Position numbers and translations under genes: made by a program
Part shown: in pieces, positions 8,203-13,306 of the stretch
How positions within the stretch are numbered: the first letter of the stretch is position 1
Layout of the letters: each line of letters starts with the position of its first letter
NCBI GenBank assembly: GCA_050287845.1
Contig: JBNKCR010000005.1
Span: 1-13,306, forward strand
Length of the DNA stretch: 13,306 bases
Origin: Polyangia bacterium
GTDB lineage: Bacteria > Myxococcota_A > Polyangia > JAAYKL01
Direction: 5' to 3'
Notes under the pieces: generated by a model
What the model saw: the letters and a program-made list of their open reading frames with translations, nothing else
What the model was told of the DNA's origin: nothing
Databases searched by the model: none

Positions 8203-8253
8203 TTTAAGACCGTCCCTGTGACGCTTTAAGACCGTCCCTGTGACGCTGTGACG
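8203..8253 (+). repeat. Perfect 22-bp tandem repeat containing CCGTCCC, plus a further 8-bp duplication
   Basis: TTTAAGACCGTCCCTGTGACGC at 8203-8224 and 8225-8246; CTGTGACG at 8238-8245 and 8246-8253. Confidence 0.9.
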
Positions 8254-8324
8254 TCTTATTATACAGTATACAGAAGGTTTCAATGGTCATTACGGTTTGA
8301 GAATCCAGCAGTTGCCAGTGTGTA

Positions 8325-8528
8325 GGCAAACCAGCCCTGGAATGGGTAATGGAGCGCCAGGCCGTCACCACCGACAAAAAAAGCGGAATCGTAAACGACG
8401 CCAACCTCTGGGCCACCGAAACCATGAACAACCCCAAGTATCCCCTGGAACTCTTCCTCCGCATCATCACGGTGTCCCTTGAAACCATGAAAATCGTGAA
8501 ATCATTGCCCGCGTTGGATATTGATTAG
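8325..8528 (+). pseudogene. C-terminal remnant of a Type ISP restriction-modification enzyme (LlaGI/LlaBIII-like)
   Basis: Reads GKPALEWVMERQAVTTDKKSGIVNDANLWATETMNNPKYPLELFLRIITVSLETMKIVKSLPALDID*, the conserved Type ISP tail. In-frame TGA upstream at 8298-8300, with no upstream body. Confidence 0.85.
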
Positions 8529-8654
8529 CTTTTGGCCTAAATTTTGAATTGATGAATAAAAACGCATACTTTTTGCAAAAGGCGACACGATATATACTGA
8601 ACAAATTGCAAGGAAATTGAACTTGTATATGCCCAAATTTTGATTTATAGCAGC

Positions 8655-8685
8655 TTGACGATGTACTCTTTTATGAGTACATATT
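8655..8685 (+). promoter_or_regulatory. Promoter of the TAC operon with overlapping palindromic operator
   Basis: TTGACG (-35, 8655-8660) immediately followed by the inverted repeat ATGTACTC-N6-GAGTACAT (8661-8682), which overlaps a weak -10 (TACATA/CATATT). RBS GAGGA at 8710-8714. Confidence 0.7.
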
Positions 8686-8724
8686 CAATAAGTTGCTTAG
8701 CATGATCGTGAGGACACGTTCTTA

Positions 8725-9204
8725 ATGGCTCCAAAGAAACGCAAACAAAAGAATAGGAAAGAACAGGAAAGTCCTCGACAAGAACGTGTTGTAGCGGTTC
8801 ATGACGATGTGAAGGAGCTGTTGACGGATTGGTCCAAAGACAAAAACCATAAGTCCGTAGCTACTAAGATTCACAACTTAATCAAAGCTTATGGGAATGA
8901 TGAGAAGAGTACCGTCGATGCAATTAAGCGGCAGCTGGCAGTAGACCCAATTCATGGGTGCCAAGGACTGGTAGAATTGGGGCCAAAACAAAGCAAAGGA
9001 GGCGCTGCCAGGATTTTTTTACTCGATAAATATTGTATCGCTTTTTTTGTGGCTGGTGGGGTTGAGAAAGGGAGTACAGGCGTAAATATTGATGAAGCGC
9101 GTAAACGTGCAAACGAGTTAAAGAAATTATTTAAAGGCAACGACCGGGACTCAGCCTTAAATGTTCTAAAAACCGAAATTGGTACTTATTACTTACTTAC
9201 TTGA
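8725..9204 (+). CDS. Divergent RelE/HigB-like toxin of a toxin-antitoxin-chaperone (TAC) module
   Basis: 159 aa, basic. RelE/Gp49-like pattern GLVEL...ARIF...FF..G..K...IDEARKR. First gene before an HTH antitoxin (HigBA order). Confidence 0.65.
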   Translation: MAPKKRKQKNRKEQESPRQERVVAVHDDVKELLTDWSKDKNHKSVATKIHNLIKAYGNDEKSTVDAIKRQLAVDPIHGCQGLVELGPKQSKGGAARIFLLDKYCIAFFVAGGVEKGSTGVNIDEARKRANELKKLFKGNDRDSALNVLKTEIGTYYLLT

Positions 9205-9227
9205 GCAAAAAAACAGGGAGACAAAAA

Positions 9228-9740
9228 ATGGCAAAATCAAAAGAAATGAGCATGGAAGAATTCTTCCAGGATACGTTTTCTGAAGAATTTTTGCGGGAAG
9301 CAGAGGTTGAATACACCTTGGCACAAATTGCCGGGCGTGCATTCGATGCGAAAAAGGAGTCAAAACTTTCCTTCCGCGACATCGCAAAGCGCATGGGAGT
9401 AAAAACACCTGCGGTTGCGCAACGAATCGTCAACGAAGCAGAGCCACACAACGTAACTCTTTCTACCCTCGTACGGTTCGGACAGGCGTGCGGATTTGAC
9501 TTGGACATCGAATTTCGACCCAAGGATATGTTCACTAACTGGGCGACGGGCTGGACGATTTCGCAAAAATTCGTTTCAACCCATGAACAAAAACTAGACT
9601 ATCAAAAAATTGCGGGCACTTCTCAACAGGAGTCCCGCCTGGAAGATGAAAGAACCTACGACAGTTTCTTTTGTCTCCCAGGCGGGATTGCTGACAAACA
9701 AGCCGTCAACAATGAATTGATAGAGCAATTGCTGAACTAA
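9228..9740 (+). CDS. HigA-like XRE HTH antitoxin with C-terminal chaperone-addiction (ChAD-like) extension
   Basis: Acidic N-terminus and HTH LSFRDIAKRMGVKTPAVAQRI..E..HNVTLSTLVRFGQACG.DLDIEF, then a tail of about 70 aa containing aromatic NWATGW. ATG 9228 with AGGGAG RBS is preferred over TTG 9201. Confidence 0.8.
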   Translation: MAKSKEMSMEEFFQDTFSEEFLREAEVEYTLAQIAGRAFDAKKESKLSFRDIAKRMGVKTPAVAQRIVNEAEPHNVTLSTLVRFGQACGFDLDIEFRPKDMFTNWATGWTISQKFVSTHEQKLDYQKIAGTSQQESRLEDERTYDSFFCLPGGIADKQAVNNELIEQLLN

Positions 9741-9748
9741 GGTCGAAA

Positions 9749-10273
9749 ATGGCAAAAGACAAAAAGAAGAAAAATAGAGAAATTGATTACGAGGCGATTA
9801 GGAAAGTTTCATCTGCTGTCAGATTGGACGATATTCAAACAGCAAATTTCGCAGCGGATACAAACCGTTCGTTGCGTGATTTTAACGGGCGAAATTTGCA
9901 CCAAGAAATTGGAGTAAAAGGAAAACTAACGCAGGTCGTTGATAAAATGGGAGTCGTCGTGATCGAATTCGTGTATTCGAATTCAATTCAAGATGAGAAG
10001 ATTGCTTCTGTCAAAGGTGTAATTGTTGCTGTTTACGAAGCCAATGATGAATCCGTTTGGACAGAAACTGACGACAATGTTCTCCAACAGTTTGCGGAAG
10101 TAAACGGCATTTACAATACATGGTCCTATATTCGTGAATTGGTCGCTTCTTCTTTAACGCGGCTCGGATTGCCTGGTGTTTTGCTTCCTGTCTGGCGTCC
10201 ACCGTCTCAGCTTCCACCCGAGGGCGAATTCGAAAAAATGGTCTACGAACCCGAACTAAAGCAGGATGAATAG
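9749..10273 (+). CDS. SecB-like chaperone (TAC chaperone)
   Basis: Beta-strand-rich N-terminal half, then F...NG....WSYIRELVAS...RLGLPGVLLP, matching the SecB signature F....A...L(F/W)PYIRE.I...T.R.G.P.L.LP. Starts 8 bp after the antitoxin stop. Confidence 0.85.
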   Translation: MAKDKKKKNREIDYEAIRKVSSAVRLDDIQTANFAADTNRSLRDFNGRNLHQEIGVKGKLTQVVDKMGVVVIEFVYSNSIQDEKIASVKGVIVAVYEANDESVWTETDDNVLQQFAEVNGIYNTWSYIRELVASSLTRLGLPGVLLPVWRPPSQLPPEGEFEKMVYEPELKQDE

Positions 10274-10319
10274 ATTCAGATTGCGTAAACAATTTGTTTT
10301 AGTGTGAAAATTTTATCAA

Positions 10320-11090
10320 ATGACTCTTCATTGCGCATTGTGTAATGCTCCGTTAAATAATTCAAACCAATCGCCCGAACATATCATTCCCCAAGCCTTG
10401 GGCGGGAGACTCACCACCCAGAAGTTTGTTTGTCAGTCCTGTAATAATCGTACAGGAAAAGATTGGGATGAAAAAGCCGTTGAGCAGCTTGCATATGTTT
10501 CCGTCCGTCTTGGAATAAAACGTCAAAAGGGCTCACCTCCACCAGTGCAGGTAGAACTTACAACTGGTGAAAAGTTTAAAATACATCCAGATGGGCAACT
10601 CACCAAAACTGGCACAGCCAAGAATCCATGCGCCAGAAGACTTGGCAGAGGGAACTTTTTCAGTCCACGCAGATAACGTCGAAAGAGCTGAAAAAATTGC
10701 GACGAACCTCAAGAAGAAATACGAAAAAATGGGGGCGAAAGTGGAAACGCTTGAACCCACCAATAATCCCGAAATGGTGTCTGGCGAAATTGAGCAAGGG
10801 CTTTCCATTGGAGGAGAGCATGCGAACAAGTCACATGTAAAAACAGCCCTCGCATATGCTGACCTCTGTGGGTTATCAGTCAACAAATGTGATATAGCCC
10901 TCTCATTCGTCAAGGGTACAGATATTGACTGCATTGGACTTTGGTACGCACAGGATTTGGTTGTGGACAGAGAAGATCGCGATGTGTTTCATTGCGTGTC
11001 TGTTTGGGGAGACCCTGATTCCGGTCGGTTGCTGGCCTATGTTGAACACTATGGAGCGATGCGCTATTTGATTTGTCTTTCGAATACGTA
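10320..11090 (+). pseudogene. HNH endonuclease gene, frameshifted and truncated by an IS
   Basis: CxxC...EHIIPQALGG...CxxCNN zinc-binding HNH motif. ORFs 10320-10676 and 10567-11178 join if one A is removed from AAAA at 10605-10608 (GQLTK|LAQP). Plausible coding sequence ends at CLSNTY, where the IS begins. Confidence 0.8.
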
Positions 11091-11204
11091 TGTGCACGGT
11101 CACAATAATCCAGGGGAAACTGGCTGTTTTTTTTCAAAAAGGGAGATGGAAAAGAGGGCTGGTCCCTTGATTGGTTGAAAAAAAGAGACCAGCCCGGTAG
11201 ACCG

Positions 11205-11854
11205 ATGTTGCATTCATCCCTTACGGAATCATCGGTCGAGTCCATGTTTATCAGAAGCTACAGGATGTCGACAGGAAATTTTCACAGGAGGCCAGGGAAA
11301 CCGGTTGCCCGAAGTGCGGTGGTGCGCTTGATGCGGCGTATTACTCCCGGAAGCCGCGGGGCGGTCCACCTGATTTGCCGGAGGAATTGTCGATACGGTT
11401 CAGTCTGTGCTGCCGGGAGGAGGGTTGCCGGAAACGGATGCTGCCGAGGTCGGTGCTGTTTGATGGACGGCGGGTACATTATCGGGTGGTGATTCTGATG
11501 ACGATTGCGATGCGCCAGCAGCGGCCTCGCGGCATGACCATGGGGCAGCTCAGTGAGGAGACAGGCGCGGATTTCAAAACAATACGTCGATGGCAGGCGG
11601 AATATCACCGGGAATTCGAGTCGGGCCGATACCGTCTTTTGCGCGGCAGATTTGGCAATGGACTTCGCTTTGGCACCGAAGTGGCGGAGCTGGTTTCGTA
11701 TTTTTTCACACAGAATGAGTCGGAGAGCGGGGTGGTGCGGCTGCTGCAGTTTGTGGCGGAAAATGAGCACCTTTCTCCAGGGATTCGAAATCCCCGCAAA
11801 AGAAGGGGAGCCGAAAAAAACAGGGAAAGCGGATATGACCCTCCTGGACCCTGA
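11205..11854 (+). pseudogene. IS accessory protein (Cys-rich zinc-ribbon plus HTH) with apparent frameshift near its 5' end
   Basis: ATG 11205 gives MLHSSLTESS. The conserved part YQKLQDVD...GCPKCGG.L...YYSRKPRGGP..LP....RFSLCC...GCRKR..P.SV.F.GRRV...TIRRW is in the frame ending at 11854, with a shift at about 11235-11247. Confidence 0.65.
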
Positions 11855-11916
11855 AAAGTCCCAAAAAGTCGGCGGTCGGCTTTTTGAAACAGACATTTTG
11901 TCCAGGGAGGTTTTAT
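11833..11916 (+). promoter_or_regulatory. Long nested hairpin sequestering the transposase RBS and start codon
   Basis: ATATGACCCTCCTGGAC (11833-11849) pairs imperfectly with GTCCAGGGAGGTTTTAT (11900-11916). Inner stems AAAAGTC/GACATTTT and CAAAAAG../..CTTTTTG. Confidence 0.55.
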
Positions 11917-13306
11917 GAGCACGGAAACGGAGATGATGGCGTGTCATCGATGGGCACAGCTGCGCTTTTCGGTGGTGGGAGGTCTGCTTTGCAGTCCTCC
12001 GGCCAGAGGAGAAACGCGGCATCGGATTGCGGCGCTTTCGCAGCAGACGTGGCTGCATCCGGAAACCGGAGTCCCCATACGGTTTGGCTATTCAACGATA
12101 GAGGAATGGTATTACCGGGCGCGGCGAAGCAGCAATCCCATTGAAGCATTGACCACGCTTCCGCGAAAGGACAGCGGTGACAACCGGTCGATTTCAACGG
12201 CGCTGATGTCGGTTCTGGAGCGGCATTATCAGCTGCATCCGGGCTGGAGCTATGACCAGCATCACAGGAATCTTGAGGCTGTGGCAACGCGGGACGCGCA
12301 GAAATACGGACGGATGCCGTCGTATGCCACTTTACGCCGAAGAATGAAATCGCTGGGGTGGACGAAAAAGCGACGTCCGAAAAGCGCGACGCCCGGTCAG
12401 ATACAGGCGTTTGAAAGACGTGAAGGGTCTGAGGTGCGCAGCTATGAGGCGTCTCACGCGGGAGAAACCGGTCATCTGGATTTTCATCATTGCAGTCGCA
12501 GTGTGGTGAGCAGAAACGGAGAATGGTTTGTGCCGGTATGTTTCGCCGCGCTGGATGATTTCAGCCGCCTGTGCTTTCACGCGCAGTGGTATGAAGTGGA
12601 AAACACCGACAATCTGGTGCACGGATTCAGTCAGGCACTGATGAAACGCGGGCTGATCCGGAGGCTGATGAGCGACCGGGGCAGCGCCATGATGAGCGCG
12701 GAATTCACCAATGGACTGCGCGACCTGAGCATTGAGCACTGGCCGACGTTGCCGTACAGTCCGTATCAGAACGGCAAGCAGGAGAAATTCTGGCGTACCC
12801 TTGAAGGCCGCATGATGAGCATGCTGGAGAACAAGCCGGACCTGACACTGCAGGAATTGAACCTCTACACTCAGGCATGGGTGGAGCAGGGATACAACAA
12901 TGATTATCACGGGGAAATCGGCTGCACGCCGGTGGAACGGTTTATGGCGGGACCTTCAGTGATGCGTCCATCGGTGGACCCGAAAACCCTGCAGCTGGCC
13001 TTCAGCGCACGGCGGAGTCGCAGGCAGCGCAGAAGCGACGGCACCATTACCCTTGACGGTGTGCGGTTTGAAATTCCAAATCATCTGCGCACGCTGGACA
13101 ATCTCACCATCCGGTATCGCAGCTGGGATTTGTCATTCGCCACAATCGTCGATGGTCGCACCGCCGCCGAGCTGGCAACCATACGGCCTCTGGACAAACA
13201 GAAAAACGCCTGTGGCATGCGGCGTCCGCTGATGGACGGCGGTGCGGCGAGTTATCCGGATGACATAAAGGACAATGAACAGGTCGCGCCGCTGCTGCAG
13301 CAGATG
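11915..13306 (+). CDS. DDE-type transposase/integrase (rve core, Mu-like C-terminal domain), 3'-truncated by the window end
   Basis: Open frame of 464 codons from ATG 11915 (RBS GGAGG 11906-11910) to the end. HTH-like STIEEWYY and PSYATLRR; catalytic HLD, MSDRGS and PY.P.QNGKQEKF; LDDFSR; C-terminal DGTITLDGVRFEIP. Absent from the supplied ORF track, presumably because there is no stop in the window. Confidence 0.92.
   Translation, partial: MSTETEMMACHRWAQLRFSVVGGLLCSPPARGETRHRIAALSQQTWLHPETGVPIRFGYSTIEEWYYRARRSSNPIEALTTLPRKDSGDNRSISTALMSVLERHYQLHPGWSYDQHHRNLEAVATRDAQKYGRMPSYATLRRRMKSLGWTKKRRPKSATPGQIQAFERREGSEVRSYEASHAGETGHLDFHHCSRSVVSRNGEWFVPVCFAALDDFSRLCFHAQWYEVENTDNLVHGFSQALMKRGLIRRLMSDRGSAMMSAEFTNGLRDLSIEHWPTLPYSPYQNGKQEKFWRTLEGRMMSMLENKPDLTLQELNLYTQAWVEQGYNNDYHGEIGCTPVERFMAGPSVMRPSVDPKTLQLAFSARRSRRQRRSDGTITLDGVRFEIPNHLRTLDNLTIRYRSWDLSFATIVDGRTAAELATIRPLDKQKNACGMRRPLMDGGAASYPDDIKDNEQVAPLLQQM

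Larger units (their letters stand above)
11091..13306 (+). mobile_element. Multi-ORF DDE insertion element (IS481/Mu-like integrase type), left portion
   Basis: Begins TGTGCACGGTCACAATAATCC (TGT terminus) exactly where the HNH gene breaks off. Sequence is visibly more GC-rich and carries an accessory ORF plus a DDE transposase. Right end lies outside the window, so the left end is inferred. Confidence 0.8.

Noticed and set aside
8203..8246. 22-bp direct repeat as a CRISPR array
   Set aside because: Only two adjacent copies, with no spacer and no cas genes.
8259..8273. TATACAGTATACAG as a LexA/SOS box
   Set aside because: Does not form CTG-N10-CAG, and the host's LexA motif is unknown.
8204..8488. 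94-aa minus ORF and 61-aa plus ORF (8297-8482)
   Set aside because: They overlap the Type ISP remnant, which is in a different frame and has a clear family signature.
9201..9227. TTG start for the antitoxin
   Set aside because: ATG 9228 has a good RBS (AGGGAG); the TTG overlapping the toxin stop is possible but less supported.
10567..11178. Independent 203-aa gene
   Set aside because: Best explained as the frameshifted continuation of the HNH gene; its last ~29 codons read into IS sequence.
11282..12910. Minus-strand ORFs (258, 124, 192 aa and others)
   Set aside because: Shadows of the GC-rich IS genes on the plus strand.

Overview
Bacterial accessory/plasticity region. The Asp/Ser-linker lipoproteins suggest a deltaproteobacterium-like host, which is inference only. 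The window opens with the 3' end of a group II intron (1-138) and closes in the left part of a multi-ORF DDE insertion element (11091 to the window end) that interrupts an HNH nuclease gene. In between are secreted/envelope genes: an LGFP-repeat papain-like protease, a beta-helix lipoprotein, a NodB-type deacetylase lipoprotein, a membrane-anchored hypothetical protein and a DUF4386-like protein. There is also an apparently intact toxin-antitoxin-chaperone (TAC) operon (RelE/HigB-like toxin, HTH antitoxin with a long C-terminal tail, SecB-like chaperone) with an operator-like palindrome in its promoter. The intergenic spaces contain decayed gene ends missing from the ORF track: neprosin, IS200 TnpA, Type ISP R-M and a probable REP-associated Y1 transposase start. 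They also contain a recurrent CCGTCCC motif, each copy followed by a different short tandem duplication, which may be the scar of an HUH/REP-type gene-shuffling process. All family calls come from motif recognition by eye; no database search was run.
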